Source: an uncultured Gammaproteobacteria bacterium
GTDB lineage: Bacteria; Pseudomonadota; Gammaproteobacteria; GCA-001735895
Reading direction: 5' to 3'
Length of the DNA stretch: 64,000 nucleotides
Assembly: GCA_947260025.1 (NCBI GenBank)
Contig: CAMYON010000002.1
Location: 3,714-67,713 of the forward strand
Every line of letters starts with the position of its first letter. The first letter of the stretch is position 1. Below the pieces are notes generated by a model, which saw nothing but the letters and a program-made list of their open reading frames with translations, had not been told where the DNA came from and did not search any database. The translations under genes and the position numbers were made by a program. Shown here piece by piece: positions 28,290-37,973 of this stretch.

Positions 28290-29402
28290 ATGAGTGACGT
28301 TTTTAATCTTGCTGACGATCTGGGCCCGTTGAAAGTGATCCATGTTCATGAACCCGGTATCGGCCTCAAGGGTGTGCTGGTTGTGGATAACGTTGCCTAC
28401 GGGCCTTCGATTGGGGGCGTTCGCATGGCGCCCGATGTCACCACCGAGGAATGCGCTCGCCTGGCGCGCGCGATGACCTTTAAAAACGCGGCGGCTGGAC
28501 TACGACACGGCGGAGGCAAATCGGTCCTGCTCGGCGACCCGAAAATGCCGAAAGCGCAGAAGGAAACCCTGATACGAGGATTCTGTTGTGCACTGCAGGA
28601 GGTTGAGCAGTATATTTTCGGCCCCGATATGGGTACCGACGAGGAATGCATGGGTTGGGTCAAGGATGAGATCGATCGCGCGGTCGGGCTGCCGCGTGAT
28701 CTTGGCGGCATACCGCTCGACGAGATCGGTGCCACCGGATACGGACTGAGCCACGCGGTGAATGTCGCAAGCGAGTACTGCCAGCTTGATATCGATGGGG
28801 CTCGCTTCGTCGTGCAGGGATTCGGCGCGGTCGGTAAACACGCTGCCAGGTTCCTGTCCTCGGCTGGCGCAATTCTGGTCGGCGTTTCCGACAGCGCCGG
28901 CGCCATCCAGAATCCCGATGGTTTCGACATCGATACGCTAATCGCGTTAAAAGCCGACGGCAAAAGCGTTATCGAGTATCCCGGAGCCGAGAAACTGGAT
29001 GGCGACCGGATTATCGATATCGAATGCGATATCTGGATCCCGGCGGCACGCCCCGACGTTATCCACGAAGGTAACGTGGATCGGCTCAACACCAGGCTGG
29101 TGGCGCAAGGCGCAAACATCCCGATTACCTACGCTGCGGAAAAAGTACTGCATGACAGGGGAATTCTGAACCTTCCCGACTTTATCGCCAATGCCGGTGG
29201 CGTCATTTGTGCGGCCGTCGAATACCAGGGAGCCGGCGAAACGGCCGCGTTAGCGGCGATCGAGGAAAAACTGCGGCGCAACACGCGAGAGGTTCTCGAA
29301 GCCTCACAGCGCGAGCAAATCCTGCCACGCGATGCCGCACTGGCGATGGCTCGCAAACGTGTCGAACAGGCGATGCGGTATCGCCGCTGGCATATCTTTT
29401 AG
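28290..29402 (+). CDS. Glu/Leu/Phe/Val dehydrogenase family, short-chain type (leucine/valine/phenylalanine dehydrogenase-like)
   Basis: Catalytic-lysine motif GLRHGGGKSVLLGDP and NAD Rossmann motif VQGFGAVGKHAA. 370 aa, shorter than typical bacterial GluDH. Confidence 0.8.
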   Translation: MSDVFNLADDLGPLKVIHVHEPGIGLKGVLVVDNVAYGPSIGGVRMAPDVTTEECARLARAMTFKNAAAGLRHGGGKSVLLGDPKMPKAQKETLIRGFCCALQEVEQYIFGPDMGTDEECMGWVKDEIDRAVGLPRDLGGIPLDEIGATGYGLSHAVNVASEYCQLDIDGARFVVQGFGAVGKHAARFLSSAGAILVGVSDSAGAIQNPDGFDIDTLIALKADGKSVIEYPGAEKLDGDRIIDIECDIWIPAARPDVIHEGNVDRLNTRLVAQGANIPITYAAEKVLHDRGILNLPDFIANAGGVICAAVEYQGAGETAALAAIEEKLRRNTREVLEASQREQILPRDAALAMARKRVEQAMRYRRWHIF

Positions 29403-29416
29403 GCGGGACCCGGATC

Positions 29417-30352
29417 ATGTTTCGCATTCGTTTTCATGGTCGCGGCGGTCAGGGCATGAAAACGGCCAGTCGCATTCTCGGCACCGCATTTTTTAACGCA
29501 GGCTACGAGGTACAGGATGCGCCGCGCTACGGTGCCGAGCGTCGTGGCGCACCTATCTTCGCCTACGTGCGTGCCGACAAGAGCGCCATCAACGAGCGCG
29601 GCGTTATCGATCGTCCCGACCTGGTCTGCGTCGCGGACGATACCCTGGTCGGCATGCCCGCGGCCGGCGTTGTCCAGGGGATGGATGCGCACACGGTGCT
29701 GCTGATCAATAGCCACGAGACCGCCGCAACCTGGCAGCAACGGCTTAATACCGAGGCCAGGGTTCTGATTCTAACGGCGACAGAAGACGTCGAGGATCGC
29801 GCCGAATTACCCTACATCGGCAGCCGCTGCGCGGCCGCGGCCGCGGCTCTGACGAATGTCATCGAGCGGGAAACCCTGGTCGCGGCACTGACCGAGGAAC
29901 TCGGCCACCTGCCCGCTGACGTTATTACACAAAACCGGGATATTGCGCTCAGGGCGTTCGACGACATGAAGCAGCATGCCGGACTGGTGACGCCGGGCAG
30001 CATGCCATCGGCGAGCGATTACGACAGGCCCGAGTGGATCGAGATGCCGTTCGATAACGCCGCGATTTCCAATCTCGCGATTCACGCCGGGGCCACCAGC
30101 GTCCTGGTACGTACCGGGCTGTGGCGCACCATGCGTCCCGTCATCAATTACCCGAAATGCAGCGGCTGTGCGTGGATCTGCAGCACTTACTGCCCCGATG
30201 GCGCGATCAACGTGCGCGCCGACGGGTACCCGGAGATCGACTACGATCATTGCAAGGGTTGCCTGGTCTGTGTCGCGCAATGTCCGCCACACGCAATCGA
30301 ATCGATCCCGGAACACGTCGCACGCGAACAGGAAGCGGAGGCAAGCGCATGA
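29417..30352 (+). CDS. 2-oxoacid:ferredoxin oxidoreductase, fused gamma and delta (2x[4Fe-4S] ferredoxin) subunits
   Basis: N-terminus MFRIRFHGRGGQGMKTASRILG is the PorG signature. C-terminal CSGCAWICSTYCP...CKGCLVCVAQCP are the two ferredoxin Cys clusters. Confidence 0.8.
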   Translation: MFRIRFHGRGGQGMKTASRILGTAFFNAGYEVQDAPRYGAERRGAPIFAYVRADKSAINERGVIDRPDLVCVADDTLVGMPAAGVVQGMDAHTVLLINSHETAATWQQRLNTEARVLILTATEDVEDRAELPYIGSRCAAAAAALTNVIERETLVAALTEELGHLPADVITQNRDIALRAFDDMKQHAGLVTPGSMPSASDYDRPEWIEMPFDNAAISNLAIHAGATSVLVRTGLWRTMRPVINYPKCSGCAWICSTYCPDGAINVRADGYPEIDYDHCKGCLVCVAQCPPHAIESIPEHVAREQEAEASA

Positions 30353-31590
30353 CCCGTAAACTACTGACCGGCAACAGCGCCGCCGCCTGGGGCGCGCGTC
30401 TCGCCGGCGTCGATTACATACCCGCGTTTCCGATTACGCCCCAAACCGAAATCATCGAGGACCTGGCCGCCTGGATAGACCGCGGTGAAATGGACGCGCG
30501 GCTGGTGACGCTGGAATCCGAACACTCGATGATTACCGCGGCCGGCAGCGCGGCCTCGTCCGGGGTACGCGCCTTTACCGCAACCTCGAGCCAGGGGCTG
30601 CTTTACGGCATGGAAATGGTTTATACCGTGGCCGGCTGGCGCACGCCCTTTGTCATGGTCAACGTCTCCCGCGGCCTCGCTTCCCCGATCACGCTGGAAT
30701 CGGATCACAACGACATCATGGCCGCGCGCGACAGCGGGTTTCTGCAGATTCACTGCGCCACCTGCCAGGAAATCGCCGACGGCGTCCTGATCGCCTATCG
30801 CCTGGCCGAACACCCGGAGGTACGCGTGCCCGCGATCGTCAACCTCGACGGCTTTTACCTGTCCTTTACCCGCGAACCGGTCGATCTGGCGGAGGCTTCC
30901 GAGGCAAGCGCGTTCGTGGGTGAGTACGATCCCGAAAACCTGCAGTTCAAGGGCAACTCGCCGCTGAGCCAGGCGATGGCCGTGCTGGGCGGCGGCCCTT
31001 ATTCGTATTTTCGCTACGAGGCGCACCTGGCGGTACAAAGAGCACTGTCGGTCTACGACGAAATCATCGACGAGTTCGAGGACAGGTTCGGCCGGCGTTA
31101 CGACATGATCGACAGTTACCGGATGCAGGACGCGGAGTATGTATTCGTCATGCTTGGATCGTTCTCCACCAAGGCGAGAGACGCGGTCGACAGCCTGCGC
31201 GCCGCGGGCTGGAAAGCGGGCCTGTTGCGACCGCGCGTGTTTCGCCCGTTCCCGCAGCAGCAAATCAGGCAGCTGCTGCGAGGTCGGCGCGCGGTTGCGG
31301 TCATCGATCAGAATATTTCGATGGGCATGGGGGGCGTATTGCACAGCGAGTTTGCGACCGCGCTATACGGCACGACGGATGCGCCATTGCTGGCGAGCTA
31401 TATCGGCGGCCTCGGCGGTCGCGACATCAGCCAGCAGGAATTTTTTGCGATGGCCGACGAGTTGCGCCAGGCCGACGAACGCGGCGAGGCGCCAGCCGCG
31501 CGCCTGCTTTACACCGAACATGAACTGACCGAAATGCGCAAGCTTCAGGCGATCGCGCAGGCGGAGCAAGCCGAAATTCAACAGCACTGA
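30349..31590 (+). CDS. 2-oxoacid:ferredoxin oxidoreductase alpha subunit
   Basis: MTRKLLTGNSAAAWGARLAGVDYIPAFPITPQTEI... is the PorA N-terminus. The ATG overlaps the upstream stop. Confidence 0.8.
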   Translation: MTRKLLTGNSAAAWGARLAGVDYIPAFPITPQTEIIEDLAAWIDRGEMDARLVTLESEHSMITAAGSAASSGVRAFTATSSQGLLYGMEMVYTVAGWRTPFVMVNVSRGLASPITLESDHNDIMAARDSGFLQIHCATCQEIADGVLIAYRLAEHPEVRVPAIVNLDGFYLSFTREPVDLAEASEASAFVGEYDPENLQFKGNSPLSQAMAVLGGGPYSYFRYEAHLAVQRALSVYDEIIDEFEDRFGRRYDMIDSYRMQDAEYVFVMLGSFSTKARDAVDSLRAAGWKAGLLRPRVFRPFPQQQIRQLLRGRRAVAVIDQNISMGMGGVLHSEFATALYGTTDAPLLASYIGGLGGRDISQQEFFAMADELRQADERGEAPAARLLYTEHELTEMRKLQAIAQAEQAEIQQH

Positions 31591-31600
31591 GACCGTCGTC

Positions 31601-32530
31601 ATGAGCAAGCAATCACCGCTGCATTTTCACCGCATGAAGGACATGCCTTCGACCCATCTGCTCGGCACCGGCACGCCGACCTGTGCGGGCTGTGGCGGTC
31701 TCGAAACCCTGCATACGATATACGATATCCTGGGTGAAAAAACCGTCTTCGTTAACGCCGCCGGCTGCATGACGCTGTTATCGGTATATCCCTTTACGCC
31801 GTTTCGCGGAGGTTGGCTCTACACCTCGATGGCTTCCGCTCCGGCAGGAGCCCAGGGCGTACGCGACGCTCTCGATATCCTGCTGCAAAAGAAAAAATTA
31901 TCGCCCGACGAAAACGTCGAGGTCGTGGTGATCACCGGGGATGGCGCCGCTTACGGCATGGGTATGTCCGCGACTTCGGGCGCAATGGATCGCAACCTTG
32001 ACTTCATTTACCTGTGTTACGACAACGAGGGTTACGGCAACACCGGCCAGCAGTATTCACCGGCAACGCCGCATGCGGCCAGGACATCGACCAGCCGCGG
32101 GTCCCATGGCTATCCGGGCTACAAGAAGGATCTGTTTGCCATCTGGGCGGCACATAATCCCGCCTACGTGGCCACGGTTATCGCCGCCGAACCGCTGGAC
32201 CTCGCGAAAAAGATCGAAAAAATTAAGGGCATGAGCGGGCCGCGCATGCTGATTTCGCTCGCGCCCTGCCCGACTGGTTGGGACTACGATCCACAGCTCA
32301 GCGTGGAAATCGGGCGCCTGGCGGTGCAGACCGGCGTCTGGCCTCTAAAGGAATACAGCGACGGCGAGGTGCGGCACACGAAAGTGCCTAAACGGCGCAA
32401 ACCGGTCGAAGAGTACCTGCAACTGCAGGGACGTTTTCGCCACCTGTTCGAACCGCAGCGCGACGCGGCGGGCATCGCCGAAATCCAGTCCCGGATCGAT
32501 GCCTACTGGGAGCGCGCTAAGGTCGGATGA
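31601..32530 (+). CDS. 2-oxoacid:ferredoxin oxidoreductase beta subunit (TPP-binding)
   Basis: ...CAGCGG... Cys motif and GDGAAYGMG TPP-binding motif. Confidence 0.8.
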   Translation: MSKQSPLHFHRMKDMPSTHLLGTGTPTCAGCGGLETLHTIYDILGEKTVFVNAAGCMTLLSVYPFTPFRGGWLYTSMASAPAGAQGVRDALDILLQKKKLSPDENVEVVVITGDGAAYGMGMSATSGAMDRNLDFIYLCYDNEGYGNTGQQYSPATPHAARTSTSRGSHGYPGYKKDLFAIWAAHNPAYVATVIAAEPLDLAKKIEKIKGMSGPRMLISLAPCPTGWDYDPQLSVEIGRLAVQTGVWPLKEYSDGEVRHTKVPKRRKPVEEYLQLQGRFRHLFEPQRDAAGIAEIQSRIDAYWERAKVG

Positions 32531-32651
32531 ATACGAAAGCGAGACCACGGTCTCCCGCCCGGGAAATCCGGAATTTCCTATTCGCCCGTCCCGGCATTCC
32601 ACGATATACCGGCAATGCTTTTTAACAACGAGACGATGGAGAAACGGACAA

Positions 32652-33119
32652 ATGCCTGCACAAAAACTGAAACAGATGCTGGATGATCGCAACATCAAGT
32701 ACATCAGCATTAACCACTCCCCGGCCTATACCGCGCGCGAAACCGCGGCTTCGACTTTCGTTCCGCGACGCGAATTCGCCAAAACCATTATCGTTGACCT
32801 GGACGGCGAAAAAGTCATGGCGGTGGTATCCGCATCGCGCCATGTCGATATTTCGAGTCTACGGAGCCTGGCCGGCGCCTCGGAGGCCCGCCTCGCCACC
32901 GAAGACGAGTTCAAGGCGCTGTTTCCGGACTGCGAACTCGGCGCAATGCCGCCGTTCGGATCGCTCTACGATATGCGGGTCTACGTCGACGAGATGGTAA
33001 CCGAGGTAGACGACCTGTGTTTCAACGCCGGTTCGCACGAACAGATCATGCGGATGAACTGTGCCGATTACCTCCAGTTCGAACAACCGGTCACGGGTAC
33101 GATTGCGGTCAAGGAATAG
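32652..33119 (+). CDS. YbaK/aminoacyl-tRNA deacylase (editing domain) family protein
   Basis: 155 aa. ...HSPAYTARE...KTIIVDLDGEKVMAVV... is the YbaK/ProX fold. Start at the internal Met, which has a GGAGA ribosome-binding site. Confidence 0.6.
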   Translation: MPAQKLKQMLDDRNIKYISINHSPAYTARETAASTFVPRREFAKTIIVDLDGEKVMAVVSASRHVDISSLRSLAGASEARLATEDEFKALFPDCELGAMPPFGSLYDMRVYVDEMVTEVDDLCFNAGSHEQIMRMNCADYLQFEQPVTGTIAVKE

Positions 33120-33142
33120 ATCGACCGGCGGCGGCCGCGATC

Positions 33143-33859
33143 CTAATCGAGGCTACCGAACACCCGGCGCAACAGTTGCGTGGTGCGCGCAGCCGGATTG
33201 GCACGGATGTTGGCTTCCTCTTCGGCAATCAACAGGAAAAGACCCTCGATCGCCTTGTCAGTAGCGTAAGACTCCAGGTCAGGGTCGACCTTGCTGACGA
33301 ACGGCAGCTGGTTATACTTTTTGACGATATCGCCATAGTATCGGGTCGCGCTGGTCTCGCCGAGCTTGTCGCTGACTATCGGCCGGAACTGCGCGCGCAA
33401 CTCGTTACCGGTAGTGCGCTCCAGGTAGCGGGTTGCGGCATCCGCCTCACCGTTCAGTATGTCGAACGCATCGCGAATCGTCATCGCGGTAATAGACTCG
33501 ATGAATATCGGCCTGGCCTTTGCCGCAGCCAGTTCCGCGCTGCGGTTGAGCTGCTTGACGAAACGATCGACCTCTTTACCGAGGCCGATTTTACGCAGCG
33601 CCTTTTCGACCTCGCTGACCTCGGCGGGAAACGGAATCCTGAGCTCCGAATTACCGTAATACCCGTTCCTGGTCGACGCGATGCGCGCGCCCTTGGAAAT
33701 ACCGCTGGACAACGAATCCTTCAGTGCCGCCACGACCTCGGACCGGGTCAGCGGGACTTCTGCGACACTCGAGTCGATAATCTCGATGGCCTGGCGCAAA
33801 TCCTTTTCCGAACAGCCCGCCAGCGCCAACAGCGCCAGCCCGATAAACAGTAGCTTCAT
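33143..33859 (-). CDS. DUF4197-like lipoprotein
   Basis: Signal peptide plus lipobox LALAGCSE. ~238-aa helical protein. The family assignment is from memory. Confidence 0.45.
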   Translation of the reverse strand: MKLLFIGLALLALAGCSEKDLRQAIEIIDSSVAEVPLTRSEVVAALKDSLSSGISKGARIASTRNGYYGNSELRIPFPAEVSEVEKALRKIGLGKEVDRFVKQLNRSAELAAAKARPIFIESITAMTIRDAFDILNGEADAATRYLERTTGNELRAQFRPIVSDKLGETSATRYYGDIVKKYNQLPFVSKVDPDLESYATDKAIEGLFLLIAEEEANIRANPAARTTQLLRRVFGSLD

Positions 33860-34470
33860 TTCGATTCCTGCAGGTATTCGATTATTTCGCCGAGACCTTC
33901 GACCCTGATATCGGTGTATTCCGACCAGTCCACGTCACCGCGGGTATCGACATGTATCGTTGCCACGCCGGCGCCCTTGCCGGCCTCCAGGTCGTAGAGA
34001 TAGTCACCTACCATGACGGTATCGTCGGCATCGGCACACCAGAATTCGAGCAAGTGCCTGATGCCATCGGGTGAAGGCTTGGGGATACAGGCATCGCGGT
34101 CGAGAATATGTTCCACCGGAAAAAAATGGTGGAGCCGGCAGGCCTCCAGGGTTTGCTGCACCACGGGCATGGTATTGCGCGTCAGGATTGCCAGCTGGCG
34201 CCCGTCGTCGTGCAGTTTCTGCAGCAACTCGGTCGCGCCCTGCATCACCGAGGACTTGCCAGCGTAGTAAAACTCCAGCTCGTTGAGCTGCTCCCACAGC
34301 GGTGCCGCCTCGGCTTCGGGCATTGCATGCAGGGCTTCGAGAATCGGCGTTTCCGGTGCCAGTCCGAGTTCACGGCGGATATGTTCGAAATCGTGCGCGC
34401 TCACGGTCAGTGTACCGTCGAGGTCGAATATCCAGTGGTTGCGTCGCTTTATCAAGTTCGGGTCCGGCAT
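33856..34470 (-). CDS. HAD family hydrolase
   Basis: Motif I FDLDGTL and motif IV GDYLYD. 204 aa. Confidence 0.75.
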   Translation of the reverse strand: MPDPNLIKRRNHWIFDLDGTLTVSAHDFEHIRRELGLAPETPILEALHAMPEAEAAPLWEQLNELEFYYAGKSSVMQGATELLQKLHDDGRQLAILTRNTMPVVQQTLEACRLHHFFPVEHILDRDACIPKPSPDGIRHLLEFWCADADDTVMVGDYLYDLEAGKGAGVATIHVDTRGDVDWSEYTDIRVEGLGEIIEYLQESK

Positions 34471-34545
34471 AGTAGGTAAAACGTTGGGAAATCGCCCATT
34501 TCGATGTAGTATCTGCGGCTCGAAAAAAATCTCAGGAAACCCGAT

Positions 34546-35028
34546 ATGACAATCCAGGCTGGCGACAAATTACCCTCAATCGATGTGCAATACAAGACCG
34601 ATGGAGAGGTAAAAACAATTAATACCGACGAACTGTTCGCCGGCAAGAAAGTCGTGGTCTTCGCCCTTCCAGGCGCTTTCACACCGACCTGCTCGGCTTC
34701 GCATGTTCCTGGCTACGTGGTCAACTCGGACAAGCTTTTCGACAAGGGTGTCGACCGCATCGTCTGCCTGTCGGTCAACGATGCACACGTCATGCAGGCC
34801 TGGGGCGAAGACCAGAACGTCGAAGACCGGGTGATGATGATTGCCGACGGCAACGCCGACTTCAGTCGCGCCGTGGGGCTGGAAGTCGACCTCAGCGCGG
34901 GTGGCATGGGAGTACGTTCGCAGCGTTATGCCATGGTGGTCAACGATGGTGTAGTCGAACTACTCAATGTCGAGGCGCCGCGCGAATTCAAGGTCAGCGA
35001 CGCCGAAACTATTCTCAACAGCCTCTAA
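34546..35028 (+). CDS. Peroxiredoxin, Prx5 subfamily (glutathione/thioredoxin-dependent)
   Basis: ...VVFALPGAFTPTCS... contains the peroxidatic Cys in the PGAFTPTC motif. 160 aa. Confidence 0.85.
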   Translation: MTIQAGDKLPSIDVQYKTDGEVKTINTDELFAGKKVVVFALPGAFTPTCSASHVPGYVVNSDKLFDKGVDRIVCLSVNDAHVMQAWGEDQNVEDRVMMIADGNADFSRAVGLEVDLSAGGMGVRSQRYAMVVNDGVVELLNVEAPREFKVSDAETILNSL

Positions 35029-35040
35029 GCGGAGCTTTTC

Positions 35041-35676
35041 ATGCCTGAAACCAGGGGTCCCAGCGAATTCGTCGATGCGGCCTACAACCTGGAAGACGAA
35101 GCCAGCATGATCGAGTTTTACCGTAAATGGGCGGAAGACTACGATCACCAGATGCTGGAGGAACTGGGTTACACCTCGCCAACGACCATTTCACGGCTGC
35201 TGAGCGAGCATCTGGCGGACACCCGGTCCTCGATATTCGATATCGGTTGCGGTACCGGATTGACCTGCGTTTACCTGGCCGAGAAAGGCTACGAAAATCT
35301 CGATGGCATCGACCTGTCGCCCGATATGGTGCGGGTCGCCGGGCAACGCGGAATTTACCGTGAGCTGCTGGTCGGCGACATTAACCAGCCGCTGGAGCGC
35401 GACGACGAAATCTACGACGGTGTCATATCTTCGGGTACATTCACCCACGGGCATGTCGGCCCGCAGCCGCTGGACGAGATATTTCGCATACTCAGGCCCG
35501 GCGGTATTCTTGCCTGCACCGTGCATGACGACCTGTGGGAATCGATGGGTTTCAGGGCCAGGCTGGAATCACTTGCCGAAGGCGGTGTCGCGCGATGTCT
35601 GAGCCAGGAGAAGGACAGCTACTACCGGGACAGCCCGCCAGAGGGCTGGTTTTGTGTCTATCAGAAACGCGCCTGA
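35041..35676 (+). CDS. Class I SAM-dependent methyltransferase
   Basis: Motif I DIGCGTG. 211 aa. Confidence 0.7.
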   Translation: MPETRGPSEFVDAAYNLEDEASMIEFYRKWAEDYDHQMLEELGYTSPTTISRLLSEHLADTRSSIFDIGCGTGLTCVYLAEKGYENLDGIDLSPDMVRVAGQRGIYRELLVGDINQPLERDDEIYDGVISSGTFTHGHVGPQPLDEIFRILRPGGILACTVHDDLWESMGFRARLESLAEGGVARCLSQEKDSYYRDSPPEGWFCVYQKRA

Positions 35677-36695
35677 TCAGGCTCGGTTACGCTGATGAAA
35701 TGATCCAGCAGGCTGGTCAGGTAGCTGCCCGCGGGCAGCCGCAGCTCCAGTTGCAGCGATTTTCCCGCCGCGTCCAGTTCGTATTGCAGGTCCTCGACCA
35801 CGACCCTGAGCGGCCGCATCTGTAGCTTGACGTCCTGATTGTCGAGACAGCTGGTGATTTCGCCATGCTCGCTGTGCACCTGCTGCTCTATCTGCAAAGC
35901 CGGTCCCGAGAGTTGATTCTGACCGCTGCCGTAGAGACTGGCGGTGCTGGCAATGTCCAGGCTCGCATGACGCTGCAACAAGGTTGCGTCGAGCGCTTCG
36001 CTGAAAATCGAATGACTACCGCGCAGCATGAATACATCGCCCTCGAGCGGGTCTGACCAGTGCCCCTGCGAGATGCGCCGCGATAACACCTGGTTAAACA
36101 GGTGGCTGCGCAGCGCAGACAGCAGCATGCCGCGGCGCGTGCGCTTGAGACGGGACCCGGCAAGCTGCGCTAGCGCCTGCTCGACGTTGTCCTGGCGACG
36201 ACCAAAACGCTGCGACCCGAAGTAATTCGCCATGCCCCGGCTCGCGATGGCCTCCAGCTGTTCACGAGTGGTCACGGGCAGGTCATCGACCGCCCGGATA
36301 CAGACGCGAAAGAAATTAGACTTGTGGCTGCCGCGCCGCAGCTTGCTGCGGTTACGCAACGCCCGCAGCACGCGGTAACCGTCGCCGGAGGAGACTTTCG
36401 GTTCTGTTTTTTGTCCGGGCAGATGCAGGCTCAGCCACTGCGTCGTCAGCGCATTTTTATCCTTCATGCCGCTAAAGCCGATGTGGCGCGGATGAATCGA
36501 GTAATCCCCGGAAATTTTTGCGATTAGTTCCGGTGTACTGAGGCCCGACTTTTCCACCTGCAGGAACAGGTGCTCCCCCTCTCCTGAAGGTTCGAACCCG
36601 AGCTCCTCGAGCACAATAAAATCCTGCGGCCGCGATTTGATTACGCCGCTGATGAGAGTATCCCCGTAAGGAAAAACCAGCGCCGACTGTTTCAA
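35661..36695 (-). CDS. truD: tRNA pseudouridine(13) synthase
   Basis: Catalytic-Asp region ...FSGMKDKNALTTQW... 344 aa. Confidence 0.85.
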   Translation of the reverse strand: MKQSALVFPYGDTLISGVIKSRPQDFIVLEELGFEPSGEGEHLFLQVEKSGLSTPELIAKISGDYSIHPRHIGFSGMKDKNALTTQWLSLHLPGQKTEPKVSSGDGYRVLRALRNRSKLRRGSHKSNFFRVCIRAVDDLPVTTREQLEAIASRGMANYFGSQRFGRRQDNVEQALAQLAGSRLKRTRRGMLLSALRSHLFNQVLSRRISQGHWSDPLEGDVFMLRGSHSIFSEALDATLLQRHASLDIASTASLYGSGQNQLSGPALQIEQQVHSEHGEITSCLDNQDVKLQMRPLRVVVEDLQYELDAAGKSLQLELRLPAGSYLTSLLDHFISVTEPDQARF

Positions 36696-37357
36696 GTGCT
36701 CTTTTTCTCGGCAACCCGGTTACGGAGGTAATTGATGCCGGCCGAACTGGCGTCAACCCCATGATTGGCGACTGCCGCCGCCGCGGCCAGCTGCAGCATC
36801 GATCTGGCGTCTGGCAGTAACTCTGCCTCGACGCTAAAGTCGGCCGCTGCGCGTAGTTCGTCGACCCAACCGTGCCCGAGGCCATAATCGACGCCGGCAT
36901 CGATTTCGATCTCCGCGACCGGACTCAGGCGTTCGCTACCCGACAGCCGGGCTCGGCCCTGCTCGTCGTGCTCGTAAATCGCCCAGTAAATCTCCTGCAT
37001 CCGTGCATCGAGCGCAACCAGCGGTCGCCTGCAATCGAAACGGTCGAAGCCCGTCTGCGCCAGTAACGCCAGTGTGGATATCGGTAACAAAGGGATCCCC
37101 AGTGCGATACCGATCCCCTGCGCCTGCGCGGCAGCGATCCTTATCCCGGTAAAAGCTCCGGGTCCATTGGCAAAGGCGCAATGTGTAATGGAAGTCCTGG
37201 CGATACCCGAGGCGGCCAGCACCTGGTCCATCATGCGCGGTAACAGGCGGGTGTGCTGGCGTGGGGCAACTTCAAACTCACTGAATATCTCGCCGTCTTC
37301 ACGCAGCAGCGCCGCGGAACAGGCTTCGGTAGAGGTATCGATGGCGAGGATATTCAC
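36692..37357 (-). CDS. tsaB: tRNA threonylcarbamoyladenosine biosynthesis protein TsaB
   Basis: MNILAIDTSTEACSAAL... is the YeaZ/TsaB N-terminus. 221 aa. Confidence 0.85.
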   Translation of the reverse strand: MNILAIDTSTEACSAALLREDGEIFSEFEVAPRQHTRLLPRMMDQVLAASGIARTSITHCAFANGPGAFTGIRIAAAQAQGIGIALGIPLLPISTLALLAQTGFDRFDCRRPLVALDARMQEIYWAIYEHDEQGRARLSGSERLSPVAEIEIDAGVDYGLGHGWVDELRAAADFSVEAELLPDARSMLQLAAAAAVANHGVDASSAGINYLRNRVAEKKST

Positions 37358-37421
37358 GCCGCTATGATAGGCTACAGTTTACCAACCTGGCCAGCCAAAC
37401 TACAAAACTGCAGCCGTTTTG

Positions 37422-37973
37422 TTAACTTAATTTCTGGATTATCTTGCGGGCATCGCCAACCAGCGGGTGTCTGGGATTTTCCGCGATAAATTTGCGGATC
37501 GTAATCAACGATTGCTCGGTTTGACCGATCGCCGCAAGACTGATGCTCTTGCCGAAAAGTGCGTTGGGACACAGCGAGCTTTGCTCGAACTCCTGCAGAA
37601 ACTCGTCGAACGCCTCGACCGCGGCCACAAGTTCACCCCGATCCATTTTTACCTGTGCCTGGCTGAATTTCTGTAACTCCGCCTGAAACTGCCGATCCTG
37701 CGACAAATCGTTCTTCCAGTAGGGCTGTAGCAGGGTATCGGTGGCTTCAGCACCCCGAATTCCGGCGGTATAGACCGCTTCCGATTTGGCTGACTCTTTT
37801 TGCGATGGATTGAATGATTTGAGATTCGCCCATACCGAACGGAAAAACCCGGTTAAAACGCTACTCGAACTGGTTTCGACAAAGCTGCTGGTATCCTGGG
37901 CACCAACCATCGGTGCAAACCCTAATGCGATTACGCACTGGGTGATAATTAAAAACTTCTTCATATCGAACAT
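37422..37973 (-). CDS. Small secreted hypothetical protein, translationally coupled to the giant NHL/TPR/transglutaminase gene
   Basis: Signal peptide MKKFLIITQCVIALGFAPMVGAQD. ~180 aa, helical, no known domain. Its ATG abuts the upstream TAG (TAGATG). Confidence 0.5.
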   Translation of the reverse strand: MFDMKKFLIITQCVIALGFAPMVGAQDTSSFVETSSSSVLTGFFRSVWANLKSFNPSQKESAKSEAVYTAGIRGAEATDTLLQPYWKNDLSQDRQFQAELQKFSQAQVKMDRGELVAAVEAFDEFLQEFEQSSLCPNALFGKSISLAAIGQTEQSLITIRKFIAENPRHPLVGDARKIIQKLS

